Part shown: piece by piece, positions 53,424 through 63,320 of the stretch
Position numbering within the stretch: position 1 is the stretch's first letter
How the letters are laid out: the number at the start of each line of letters is the position of its first letter
From: a virus
Lineage: Duplodnaviria > Caudoviricetes
Virus record (IMG/VR): IMGVR_UViG_3300014208_000036
Coordinates: 24,794-88,793 of that record
Strand: one strand, 5' to 3'
Length of the DNA stretch: 64,000 nt
Made by a program: the position numbers and the translations under genes
The notes under the pieces: generated by a model
Told to the model about the DNA's origin: nothing
Databases searched by the model: none
Seen by the model: only the letters and a program-made list of their open reading frames with translations

Positions 53424-54932
53424 CTACGCTTTTTGTTCAGTTAGTTTAGAATGTAGTGTATTTACGTTTTGTTCTGAGTTAAGAAAAACGCTTACTTTAT
53501 CACCAGATGATAGCCTATCATGATAATAATCGATTGTTCTATCTGAACGATCAAGGCGGGCATCCGAAATTAGCGTTGGTTCTTCCGATAGAAGGGAAAA
53601 CCAAATTCCCAATGTCGTATCAATATTCATTGTCATAGGGATATCAATATTTTCGATCAAAAATGCCTTCAATAACAACATACAATATCCGTTGATTACG
53701 ATCGAAGAAGGAAGCCTTGGCGCTAAAACTGAAAAACTTGATGAATTTTTTGGGTTTCCTTTTCTATCGATTATTTTATCTGAATCGATATTCGTTCTCT
53801 TAAATTCGCTTAAAACAACCGGCAGCGTTAAACGTTGCTCATGAAGCATTTTCTTCATATTTTGAACGTTGATGTAATTTTTTGACGTTGTAAACACGTA
53901 CCAATCGCAATTTATTTTTTCATTTATGATCATGTTGAGCAGATCAAGTGACTCACTTGAACTTCTTAGCGTTCGTATTGTTAATTTATTTGCCCATGTT
54001 TGTTTGAACAAATCGTTTGATTCATCACATGAGATAACGTACCTAATTTCGTTGGAAAGACTATGAAATGATTCATCTAGAATCGAATCAATGTTGGACG
54101 TTTCTAGCGCAACAGTTGGTTCAACGTTAACTGACGCGTACGTTCTTAATTCCGCTGATGGGTTTGCTGTATTTACGTCAATGACCGTACAATCATCACA
54201 CCCATTACGAAGCAATTGAATTGGAACGATGACATCTACTGAAACATCGGACCGTGAAAATCGTTTCAATTTTTTGGGTTTTGTCATCCCTTCAAAAAAT
54301 TGAGTTTTGTACGTGTTAGTCCAATCGGTGATTATTCGTTTGCTTGAACCGTCATTTGACATGAATTTTGAAAATTCTGTTTGACTCATCGTTTGAAGTG
54401 ACTTGACCTGTTCTGCATCAAGAAAACCTTCAGCTTTCAACGGACCAAAGACATCATTCATCAATGACTTTTTAATCAAACCGTTCGATACGGCAGCTTC
54501 AATGTACGATTTTCTAGTTATCGCGAGCCCACAAAGATAATCTGCATTCAACTTATTTGCTACGTCAACAAGTCGACTATCCCAATCATTAATGCATGGA
54601 ACATAATCGTCCTCAATGAAGAACCACCAATCAAATTCCTTTGTTTCACGAAAATAACTTGAAACAAAGGCTCCGTAGGATATTGCAACATTGGGTCTTA
54701 AAATCCACTTTACGGGGACACAATTTAAAACGTACGTTTTGCTGATCAACGCAAGTAATTCAACCGATAAGGGTCCGCCGTGATTTATGACAAACGTGTA
54801 TTGGGATACAATCGTTGTTCTTAATTGCTTAAGATAGTTCAAGTGATCGATCAGTAATTGTTCGCCTTCGTCTTCTGAGAATTTACCTCGAGGGTGAAGA
54901 AAAAAACAACCAACGTAATTGATCATAATCAA
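53424..54932 (-). CDS. Two-domain GT-A-like glycosyltransferase
   Basis: WWFFIEDDY; second domain WYVFT...YINVQNM...DTTLGIW. Confidence 0.55.
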   Translation of the reverse strand: MIMINYVGCFFLHPRGKFSEDEGEQLLIDHLNYLKQLRTTIVSQYTFVINHGGPLSVELLALISKTYVLNCVPVKWILRPNVAISYGAFVSSYFRETKEFDWWFFIEDDYVPCINDWDSRLVDVANKLNADYLCGLAITRKSYIEAAVSNGLIKKSLMNDVFGPLKAEGFLDAEQVKSLQTMSQTEFSKFMSNDGSSKRIITDWTNTYKTQFFEGMTKPKKLKRFSRSDVSVDVIVPIQLLRNGCDDCTVIDVNTANPSAELRTYASVNVEPTVALETSNIDSILDESFHSLSNEIRYVISCDESNDLFKQTWANKLTIRTLRSSSESLDLLNMIINEKINCDWYVFTTSKNYINVQNMKKMLHEQRLTLPVVLSEFKRTNIDSDKIIDRKGNPKNSSSFSVLAPRLPSSIVINGYCMLLLKAFLIENIDIPMTMNIDTTLGIWFSLLSEEPTLISDARLDRSDRTIDYYHDRLSSGDKVSVFLNSEQNVNTLHSKLTEQKA

Positions 54933-54933
54933 A

Positions 54934-55881
54934 TTATTCGATTAACGTCGATGCTGTCTGAATCCATTGATTTGATTTTTGAATGAAATCGACCGTTGAA
55001 CAAATTTGCAAATTTCGCTCATTGACATTTAGATCATTTATTTCTTCGATCAGATTAGGAATCTGTTCATATTCAGAAAACAATCTAACAGTTTGAAATT
55101 GTTCAGATGTAAAAAATGAATCACCATCCGGATCTTCGTCACGAATGCTAAAGCAACCCCTTGAACATGAATCCAATTCTTTTGCCCAAAGACCCTTTTT
55201 CAAGTTGCAATTTTCGCCGTTAACGGTGAACGGTAAATTTGCGCTGTGTATGAAGATTTTTATCGTCGATAGAATGTTTAGAAAATCTTCATACGTTCTG
55301 CCTGGGGGAATTATCGATACGTTAATTCCCATCTTTGCTAAGTTGTCAAAAAAGATCTTTCTGTGAGGATGTAAACTTCCAATAAAACCAACATCAATTT
55401 TTCTCTGTTCAAATGCTGGGTTTGAGGAACAATATCTTGGTAAGGTCCAAATTTTGACAAATTTCGCGGGGTAACCCTGCGATTTCATGTATTCCGCCCA
55501 CCACCGCACCGTTACCGCATATAACTTGACATTCAAATCGTTGGAAATTTTCTGATACGCTCCCTTGTAAGGCCCATCATCCTTAAATGCTTCCCAGGGA
55601 TCCTGATCGTAAATTTTTATTTCCCTGTTTCCTATGACGCTTTTTATCAATTCTGTCGATTGAAGTAACGTCCTAAGCTTCAAACAACTTATTATTGAAT
55701 GTGCTTTTTGGAGAAGTTGTTTATCGATGGATCCTAGATTGTGCAATTCGATCGTTTTAAGATCGCATTCGTCATTAAGTGTTTCGTACAATTGATGTTG
55801 ATAACAGTTTGTCATAATGTATGACAAACTGTCGACGATCTGAATTACAATTTTCTTTTTCATTTTAGATCGTACGGACAA
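54934..55881 (-). CDS. Glycosyltransferase (CgeB-like/GT-B)
   Basis: IDVGFIGSLHPHRK. Confidence 0.65.
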   Translation of the reverse strand: MSVRSKMKKKIVIQIVDSLSYIMTNCYQHQLYETLNDECDLKTIELHNLGSIDKQLLQKAHSIISCLKLRTLLQSTELIKSVIGNREIKIYDQDPWEAFKDDGPYKGAYQKISNDLNVKLYAVTVRWWAEYMKSQGYPAKFVKIWTLPRYCSSNPAFEQRKIDVGFIGSLHPHRKIFFDNLAKMGINVSIIPPGRTYEDFLNILSTIKIFIHSANLPFTVNGENCNLKKGLWAKELDSCSRGCFSIRDEDPDGDSFFTSEQFQTVRLFSEYEQIPNLIEEINDLNVNERNLQICSTVDFIQKSNQWIQTASTLIE

Positions 55882-56567
55882 CGAGCCTTGTAAGTTTCAA
55901 ACACGGCCTGAAAAAAATCATCATTGTAATCAAAGCTTCTGTTGATGAATTGCGCCGCAACAAGATTTTCTGCTCCCCGAAGAACGAACCATCTTAACCT
56001 ATCGTTATGTTTTGACCAGGCGAGTTTTACATTTTCAATATTTTGTGTTTGATTTTTTAATCTACGATGCAGACCGTAATGAAAAGCCTGAACATCGCTT
56101 GCTTCATGACAATGAAGTCCTGCTGGATTAAGAACATCTGGAAGATGATTACCTCTTAACACGATATCATGATTTCCATCGACACGATCGCAGTAAAGTT
56201 TATTTCCCGTTTGGTTGAACGATACTTTTTTTGAGTAACAATTCAAACCAAAAATTTTCGTATCGGTGAAGTAGTCATCTAGGTAGCATTGCACGCCTGT
56301 TAACCTATCGTTGTTTTCGAATAACTTCGAAATTTCGAACAATGTATCATCGCGTATCAACGTAGTGTCGGCATCAACCTTTACAAAAAGATCATGCGTC
56401 TCCTTTGAAGAATCCCAAGCATCCCATAAGGAATTATGCGCTTCGTATTCAGGCAAATTCTGAATTATGTGATGCGTTATCGTTACATTTTTTTGATTTT
56501 GTATCGCTTTTTTCGATGTTTCAAAATCATTTTCACCACAAAATAATGTCCCAACGAAAATCTTCAT
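55860..56567 (-). CDS. GT2-like glycosyltransferase
   Basis: FVKVDADT DxD motif. Confidence 0.6.
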   Translation of the reverse strand: MKIFVGTLFCGENDFETSKKAIQNQKNVTITHHIIQNLPEYEAHNSLWDAWDSSKETHDLFVKVDADTTLIRDDTLFEISKLFENNDRLTGVQCYLDDYFTDTKIFGLNCYSKKVSFNQTGNKLYCDRVDGNHDIVLRGNHLPDVLNPAGLHCHEASDVQAFHYGLHRRLKNQTQNIENVKLAWSKHNDRLRWFVLRGAENLVAAQFINRSFDYNDDFFQAVFETYKARCPYDLK

Positions 56568-57688
56568 TTGATGAGTTCCTCATCAGGCGGTTTTTTGCAC
56601 GACCAGGTCATGATTGGCATTGATAACATTTCATCATCATTCATGAACGTAAATTCACGATTTGGCATTCCATCAAATTTGAAAACTGTGTTTAGTGGCA
56701 CTGGGCAATTTTCGATTTCATCGAAAAATACTGTATGATTAAGCTGTTTGTTGTCGTTCCCAACCCAATTGAATGTTTCATATTGACACCATTGTTGTTT
56801 ATGATGACATCTTTTTTCATAGTAGGATTTTCCGATTGCGTTCGGAATCTTTCCAGAAAGTATGGCAGCATACAATGCATTAACTGTTCCATCGTTGATG
56901 AACGAATAATTTGAATAGCAAATATTCGGTGGACCCATATTGAATGATGCTACGCTGGGCGCATTTACCAATGGGCAATTTATTCGTTTTTTATACATTG
57001 ATCCGATTGACGTGAACCCAGATAATGAACACATGCAACCAAATGATTTGTACATTATGTACAATTTTACCCAACCGGGTTCATCCTTGCAATCAATACT
57101 TTCTATGAGATCGGTTGGGATCGGTTCACCCAAGGTGATTATCGCCCGCGCTCCCGCAAATTTCTTAATTTTTTCGATATTATTACGAATGTATTGTTGA
57201 CTTGACGATTGAATTCGGCCGTCATTTTCTCTGCCTGACAAGTGAATAACGACGAATTCATCCGGTAACTTCAGTTTATCAAAACTTTCAAGTAAACGCT
57301 CTTTTGGCAAAAAAGTTGGATACCTGTTTTCTGATATCATCCGAAAACACATTCCGTGAGCATCGAAGTACGTTAATTTATGAGCTGCGACCTCATATGT
57401 TAAAGCGTTGCTTTTGTTTGTTTTCAAACAATGCCGATGATGTGTTGCAACGATACGATCGAATCGATCGGTTGCTGATTTAAGGGCCATCCTATCAATC
57501 GATGCCCAGGGAATTTCGATCCAATCGGATGAATGTGCCGGCTCCGAAGATCTACCAAATTCATAATATGAATCATCAAGAATTATTTCGGCCCGAGGAT
57601 TTAGCTTTGAAAGTAACTCAGCGACCCAAAGCGACGAAATATTATCGCCCCAATTCTTAATGAGTGAAGGAACATAGTAACTTGTCAT
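56564..57688 (-). CDS. Putative glycosyltransferase (GT9/GT11-like)
   Basis: WGDNI, FVVIHL, CMCSLSGF; family uncertain. Confidence 0.5.
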   Translation of the reverse strand: MTSYYVPSLIKNWGDNISSLWVAELLSKLNPRAEIILDDSYYEFGRSSEPAHSSDWIEIPWASIDRMALKSATDRFDRIVATHHRHCLKTNKSNALTYEVAAHKLTYFDAHGMCFRMISENRYPTFLPKERLLESFDKLKLPDEFVVIHLSGRENDGRIQSSSQQYIRNNIEKIKKFAGARAIITLGEPIPTDLIESIDCKDEPGWVKLYIMYKSFGCMCSLSGFTSIGSMYKKRINCPLVNAPSVASFNMGPPNICYSNYSFINDGTVNALYAAILSGKIPNAIGKSYYEKRCHHKQQWCQYETFNWVGNDNKQLNHTVFFDEIENCPVPLNTVFKFDGMPNREFTFMNDDEMLSMPIMTWSCKKPPDEELIK

Positions 57689-58116
57689 TTTAAGAATTTA
57701 GCATAATCAGTGCAAACGCCTACGATGTTTGTATTGACAAGTTTATCAAATGAATCACAATCAACCTGAACGATGACTGATTTTTTGGTTGTTTCTCTTC
57801 CCGGATAGGTCCAAATCACGCCTTTACTTGTCAACGTTCTATCGTCTATCTGATGCCAAAAACAATTTACGTTCATTGATAACAAACGATCGAGCGCATT
57901 AACGTCCTTTGCGTGGCACCACATTCCTTCACGTTGAACGAAATCATAATTTACCTTGTATTGTGGTTTATCATGACCTAACCAAAATTCACCGTTCAAA
58001 AATCTTACGTCAATTTCTACGTTAAACTCCTGCCAAGCAATATCAACGTAGTTTGGATTATTTTCCCATTCTGGAAGAGGACCAGCTGTGTTACCTCGAT
58101 GTGAAATGACTATCAT
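57685..58116 (-). CDS. PLC-like phosphodiesterase (GDPD-like)
   Basis: ISHRGN, EN.P, VEIDV, LGHD, WCHAK, GVCTD. Confidence 0.8.
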   Translation of the reverse strand: MIVISHRGNTAGPLPEWENNPNYVDIAWQEFNVEIDVRFLNGEFWLGHDKPQYKVNYDFVQREGMWCHAKDVNALDRLLSMNVNCFWHQIDDRTLTSKGVIWTYPGRETTKKSVIVQVDCDSFDKLVNTNIVGVCTDYAKFLK

Positions 58117-59461
58117 TGATGTAAACCTCCAGATCTTCGGGCGTTCCTAGCCCTTTCATTATTTTGGCCTCAAACGTTATCACCTTTTTGCCATCAGCAA
58201 TTGCTTCGTTGAAAACTGGGCATACGTAAAATTCGCCGTTCACACGAACGTTCTTATCTATCATTTGTTGAGCATAGTGACAAAAATCGCTTCCGCGGCG
58301 CCAATAATAGACGCCGCATGTTGCATCTTCGCTGATACAAACTTTTTCAGCAACTTTTGTAACAAATCCTGTTTCTTCGTTGGTTAATGCATAGCTCCAC
58401 TTTGATTCAGATGCTTTAAAAGTTAGAATTCCAGCGTCGGCGTTCATCAATTCTAACTTTTGCATGAATTTTGCATAATCCCAGTCAACGAATTGATCCG
58501 AGTTTACTATCATTAGAGGTTGATCGTTATCAACGATATGCTTTGCAAGTAGAATCGTACAGGCAGCACCTTCCGTTAAGGTTTTAACCTCGACAATTTT
58601 TGATGCTGGTTTTATCAAATTCAGAATCGTGTACACAGGATATTCTTCAAGGTGTTGCCTACGAACTAGAAATGTGTAATTTGCGTCCAAATTTAATGAG
58701 TCGGTGACGACGTTGATCATGGGTTTATGATCAACGTCAATAAGAGGTTTTGGAAGTTTAAACCCAGCATTTTTAAAGCGTGATCCTTCACCAGCCATTG
58801 GTATGACAATATTGAGATTCGGAACAAGGTAATTTACGCCCGTTCGTTTCATTGTTAAAGCCTTTGATATCAGGCTAACATTTAATTCTCCTGGATTTCC
58901 TATCCTCAGAACCTGCGCTCCTGATGCCAATGCCGCAGTACAACCAACGGGTGAATCTTCAACAATTAGTGTTTCCTGCGGCGAAACATTGAGTTTTGCC
59001 ATCGTCATTAAGTACATCTCAGGTGAAGGCTTCGGTCGTTTAACATCTTGATTCGTGGTAGTCAAATCAACGAACCTTGAAAGATCGCTACAGTCTAAAA
59101 AGGCCTTGGTCGTTCGCCAGATTGAATTACTTGCAACAGCTAGCTGAAAACCTGCTGATTTCATCGTTTTGAACAAATTTGTTAGTTCGTCATTGGGAAC
59201 CACATTCGTTCGAATCCAAACATGCGTTGCTTCCTGTTTTAATTCAAAGATGCGATCGTGCAATGATTCATCGAGCCCACGAGAATCACTCAAAATTTTC
59301 AATTTTTCCTTTGTAGGTAATCCATTAAAAATTCTTAAGTGTTCATCGTAAGGTATCGTGTGCCCCGGACTCACCAATCCAATGGCGTCGTTCAATGTTT
59401 TCCAATGCATGTCCCTAGATTCAAGAAGAACGCCATCCATGTCAAAGATAATGGCTTTCAT
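58091..59461 (-). CDS. HAD phosphatase fused to nucleotidyltransferase
   Basis: IFDMDGVL, ASNS, KPSPEMY, VEDS; IPMAGEGSRF..GFKLPKPLI, EGAACT, NSDQ. Confidence 0.88.
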   Translation of the reverse strand: MKAIIFDMDGVLLESRDMHWKTLNDAIGLVSPGHTIPYDEHLRIFNGLPTKEKLKILSDSRGLDESLHDRIFELKQEATHVWIRTNVVPNDELTNLFKTMKSAGFQLAVASNSIWRTTKAFLDCSDLSRFVDLTTTNQDVKRPKPSPEMYLMTMAKLNVSPQETLIVEDSPVGCTAALASGAQVLRIGNPGELNVSLISKALTMKRTGVNYLVPNLNIVIPMAGEGSRFKNAGFKLPKPLIDVDHKPMINVVTDSLNLDANYTFLVRRQHLEEYPVYTILNLIKPASKIVEVKTLTEGAACTILLAKHIVDNDQPLMIVNSDQFVDWDYAKFMQKLELMNADAGILTFKASESKWSYALTNEETGFVTKVAEKVCISEDATCGVYYWRRGSDFCHYAQQMIDKNVRVNGEFYVCPVFNEAIADGKKVITFEAKIMKGLGTPEDLEVYINDSHFTSR

Positions 59462-60000
59462 GCATAATCTTTCATCAATAATGACATCATCACGTAATCT
59501 ACGTACTTACCGTTACGAAAAATGGCCTCCCTTTGTCGACCTTCTTCCACGAACCCAAGTTTCTTGTAAAGATTAAATGCTACCGCATTTGTTTCAAGAA
59601 CGTACAGATAAATTCTATTCATTCCGCATTGATTGAAAAAATACTCAATCATGCGCACGTACGTTTCTTTTGCGTAACCTTTCCCACGATGATCCTTTTT
59701 TACGTCCATTCCTATCATGACACTGCGATTCTTAAAATCAAGATTATCGACCCTAAAAACACCGATAAATTCGCCTTCAACGGTGACATCATCATGTCTT
59801 TGTTCTTTTCCGTAAACAACTAGTCGTTGTGACGTTGATGACATACCTAAATTTTCATACCATTTAAGTTGTTGATCAACTGTTACGGGTGTAGGATCAG
59901 TTAAATTAATGAGAACGGTTGGATCGTTGTGAAGTGAACGTAGTACTTCAACCTCCCAATGCTCTGCGAATCGAATGAATAATCGTTCAGTTTCAAGCAT
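59458..60000 (-). CDS. GNAT acetyltransferase (RimJ/RimL-like)
   Basis: HRGKGYA, NAVAFNLYKKLGFVEEG. Confidence 0.88.
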   Translation of the reverse strand: MLETERLFIRFAEHWEVEVLRSLHNDPTVLINLTDPTPVTVDQQLKWYENLGMSSTSQRLVVYGKEQRHDDVTVEGEFIGVFRVDNLDFKNRSVMIGMDVKKDHRGKGYAKETYVRMIEYFFNQCGMNRIYLYVLETNAVAFNLYKKLGFVEEGRQREAIFRNGKYVDYVMMSLLMKDYA

Positions 60001-61087
60001 ATGAATTTACCGAATTCACGATATGTTGTCGTTCTTCGTCGGTTAGCCACCAACCAACAGGAATGTTTATCATCTTGGCACAGAATTCATCCACGCCGGG
60101 AAGATTTCTCTGGTATTTTTCAAAGACCTTATATTTGTCGTTCCTAAAATGAACGATATCACACGATATGAATCTATCGTTCATATATTTTTTGAATTTT
60201 TCTCGATCGTCGACCAACACAGTGTAAATCCAATATGATGATTGCGAATTATTGCGTAAATGCTGAAGAGGTTTAACCCTGGGATTCGTTATCTCTCGAT
60301 CATAGAATGTTCCGTTGTCAACATGCTTAACTAGATTTTGGTACAAATATGGCAACTGTGCAAGACCGATAGCTGCGTTCACATTGTTCATGTGAAATTT
60401 GTATCCCGATTCAGTGATATCCTGGGACCATTTTTCACCCGCATATTTTCTATCAAGACCAAACCATCTCAACTTTTTGATTCTTACATCGTCGGTTTTG
60501 TTCTTGGAAGTAACGGCACCACCGTCGACTGTCGTAAGATGTTTTATCGCCTGGAAGGAGAAACAAACATGGTCGCATTCATCGCCCACGTGAGCTTCGC
60601 CGTAACGAGCACCCATCGCGTGCGCGGCATCGGCAATTACTTTTACGTCCATTCTACCCACTTTTTTAAGAACTTCATACACACCATTCACATCAAATGG
60701 CATTCCCGACCAGTGAACACCAACAATTGCCTTGGTGTTAGGTGTAAGAATTTTAGCGACCGATGAAGGATCGATGTTTCCTGTTCGAGGATCGATGTCG
60801 GCCCATATAATTCTAGCCCCAAGCGTATCGATCGGTTCATTCGTTGCCATGCACGTCATCGGTGTTGATATGACGTCAGTTCCTGGACCAACCCCGGATG
60901 CTATGTACGCTAACGTCAAAGCAGACGTACCACTATTTGTCAATGACGTAAATGTGCCAAATCTGTCTGATAGACGTAACTCAAATTCATCAGAATATCT
61001 TCCTTCAGTTATTACGCCTGAATCAAAAACTTCTTGAATTTTTTGCCCAATATCGTTTGGAACGAAAACTTTAAACAACGGTATCAT
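59993..61087 (-). CDS. DegT/DnrJ/EryC1/StrS aminotransferase
   Basis: NSGTSAL, DAAHAMG, FSFQAIKHLTTVDGG. Confidence 0.92.
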   Translation of the reverse strand: MIPLFKVFVPNDIGQKIQEVFDSGVITEGRYSDEFELRLSDRFGTFTSLTNSGTSALTLAYIASGVGPGTDVISTPMTCMATNEPIDTLGARIIWADIDPRTGNIDPSSVAKILTPNTKAIVGVHWSGMPFDVNGVYEVLKKVGRMDVKVIADAAHAMGARYGEAHVGDECDHVCFSFQAIKHLTTVDGGAVTSKNKTDDVRIKKLRWFGLDRKYAGEKWSQDITESGYKFHMNNVNAAIGLAQLPYLYQNLVKHVDNGTFYDREITNPRVKPLQHLRNNSQSSYWIYTVLVDDREKFKKYMNDRFISCDIVHFRNDKYKVFEKYQRNLPGVDEFCAKMINIPVGWWLTDEERQHIVNSVNSYA

Positions 61088-62046
61088 ATTCGTTTCCTAT
61101 AACACTCTATTAATTTTGGTATTTCAACATCGAGCTTTCGAAGTTGTTGCCACGATGTTTGTTCTTTTAACTTGGAACAATCAAGAGCATATCTCTCGTC
61201 ACAACCACTTCGATCAGTTGAAGAATCCACGATGTCATCGTATCGTAAGTTAAAATGTGAAGCAATCTTTTCAACGATTTCTCTTACGCTGTATTCTTCG
61301 TCAGACGATACATGGTACGACTCATTGATCATACACTGATCAATTATTTTGTACAGAGCATCAACATTATCATCGACATGTATCCAATTTCTAACGTACC
61401 TACCATCACCATGAACAACAACCTTTTTACCATTCATGATGTTCATGATCGTTGCTGGTATCAATTTTTCCGGAAATTGTCTGCAACCGTAATTGTTCGT
61501 CGTTCTTGTGACAATATAAGGAAGATCGTACGTTCTCCCCCATGCATAAACCAATTGCTCAGCGCATGATTTTGATGCTGCGTACGGATTGCTTGGTTTA
61601 TGTTGATCAGTTTCAGTGAAGAAACCTTTAAGGATGTCACCAAAAACTTCGTCAGTGCTTATTTGAACGAATAATGGAACCTTATATGCCCATGATGTTT
61701 GAAGATTTTTTATCTTATGATTCTTCAAAATTTCTAAAAGATTATGGACGCCAAGAACGTTCGTTGATATGAAATTCTTAGATGATGAAATTGAATTATC
61801 AACGTGTGATTCAGCGGCAAAATTAACAATGATATCGCAAAATGGAATATCATTTATGTTTGCAATATCTTCTTTGATATGAGTGTAATCACCTGAGAAC
61901 CTTAGGGATGAATTTGCTGCATATGTTTCACAGTCAACGTTGATGACTTTGTGTCCATTTTTCAGCGCTAATTCAACAAAATGACTGCCTATGAACCCTA
62001 GACCACCCGTAACAACGATAGTTTTTTTTGATGACAATCTTTTCAT
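61084..62046 (-). CDS. rmlB: dTDP-glucose 4,6-dehydratase
   Basis: VTGGLGFIGS, FAAESHVDNS, ISTDEVFG, YAASK, NNYG..QFPEKLIP. Confidence 0.93.
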   Translation of the reverse strand: MKRLSSKKTIVVTGGLGFIGSHFVELALKNGHKVINVDCETYAANSSLRFSGDYTHIKEDIANINDIPFCDIIVNFAAESHVDNSISSSKNFISTNVLGVHNLLEILKNHKIKNLQTSWAYKVPLFVQISTDEVFGDILKGFFTETDQHKPSNPYAASKSCAEQLVYAWGRTYDLPYIVTRTTNNYGCRQFPEKLIPATIMNIMNGKKVVVHGDGRYVRNWIHVDDNVDALYKIIDQCMINESYHVSSDEEYSVREIVEKIASHFNLRYDDIVDSSTDRSGCDERYALDCSKLKEQTSWQQLRKLDVEIPKLIECYRKRI

Positions 62047-63317
62047 TCTTCGTCCTTTGATAACGTTGAATTGTAATCATCCCAAGACGAAAATTTAATC
62101 GTATCTTGATTGTCAGGGTGCCATGCAGGTGAAGGAGCATTTATGATGATCGCTTCGATGTCTGATGTGTTCTCTAGAACAATCGGTACATTGGCAGGAA
62201 TCTTTACGATAATTGCCCTATCGTCATTTTTTAATGACAATTTTTGAACATCAGCTTTACCATGCTTAAATTCAAGCATGACTGAACCAACGATCGCAGT
62301 TATGAATGCTTGCCTGCATTTATGCAGTATGACATCCTTTCTTACGCCTGGTTTGATCGTTGTTGCGTACAGCATCTTTGGAACGTAATTGTCATGCCAT
62401 GAATCCCAATCACGGTATATTGGCATCATGATCCCATCGTTCGTCTTGTGTTGTTGTAACTCTTGCGTAACAACTGTGTGTAACTGAGAGACTGAAAATG
62501 AATTTGAATCATCGATTCTATCATTTTGGGTAAATCTATAACCTGTTTGCCCATGCGTTTCAACTCGTGATCCGGCCACTACACCGGTTTCAAATGAAAG
62601 TTTTGAGTGGAATAATCCACCGTCGTAAATTGCATTTTCCTTGTAAAGATTGTCAAAGTATTTTTGGTAATCAGCCTCGGATAAACGTTCAAGCATTGAA
62701 ATCTGATTTAAGGCATTCTTTACATCAACAATACGTGACAGACCACAAACAACGGCTGTCATATTTGTTCGATAGATGTTTTCAGTATCCTCAGAAAAAT
62801 AAACTTTTTCATTATTTCTGAATCTATTTACCAACGATTGCCAGGCATATCTTCTTGAAATTGATAGTGGATTTCCCTTATCGTAAAGATGCTTTTGCCT
62901 TACGTGAAATTCCTGCGTTCTAATCATGCCAACGTCAGGATTATCATCGAGGTAATTTTCACATTCCACTAAACGATCAATTCTATCATGAATACAGTCA
63001 GATTCTATCGAATAGATGAACCTTATGTTGGGATCAAATCCATTCCTAACATCACCCAGAATCATTCGATGATTATCAACGATCCATTTTAATGCTGTCC
63101 AGTAACCAACATTACGATTGGCCTTGTAAACATGTTTGAAATCACGAAATAATCCGATGATTTCATCATGCATTACGCTAGCATTATCAAATACGATTAA
63201 TGATTCACGTAGTTCATTAAAATTAGGTTGAGAACGTATGTTATCAACAACCTGTTTAAGAACTTCAAAACGACTATTTTCAAGGCAACACGTTACAAGA
63301 GCGTACAACGTTTTCAT
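62043..63317 (-). CDS. GT2-like domain fused to RmlC-like cupin
   Basis: VFDNAS, NVGYW, IESD; C-terminal YATTIKPG...HK...VKIPANVP. Confidence 0.65.
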   Translation of the reverse strand: MKTLYALVTCCLENSRFEVLKQVVDNIRSQPNFNELRESLIVFDNASVMHDEIIGLFRDFKHVYKANRNVGYWTALKWIVDNHRMILGDVRNGFDPNIRFIYSIESDCIHDRIDRLVECENYLDDNPDVGMIRTQEFHVRQKHLYDKGNPLSISRRYAWQSLVNRFRNNEKVYFSEDTENIYRTNMTAVVCGLSRIVDVKNALNQISMLERLSEADYQKYFDNLYKENAIYDGGLFHSKLSFETGVVAGSRVETHGQTGYRFTQNDRIDDSNSFSVSQLHTVVTQELQQHKTNDGIMMPIYRDWDSWHDNYVPKMLYATTIKPGVRKDVILHKCRQAFITAIVGSVMLEFKHGKADVQKLSLKNDDRAIIVKIPANVPIVLENTSDIEAIIINAPSPAWHPDNQDTIKFSSWDDYNSTLSKDEE

Positions 63318-63320
63318 GTG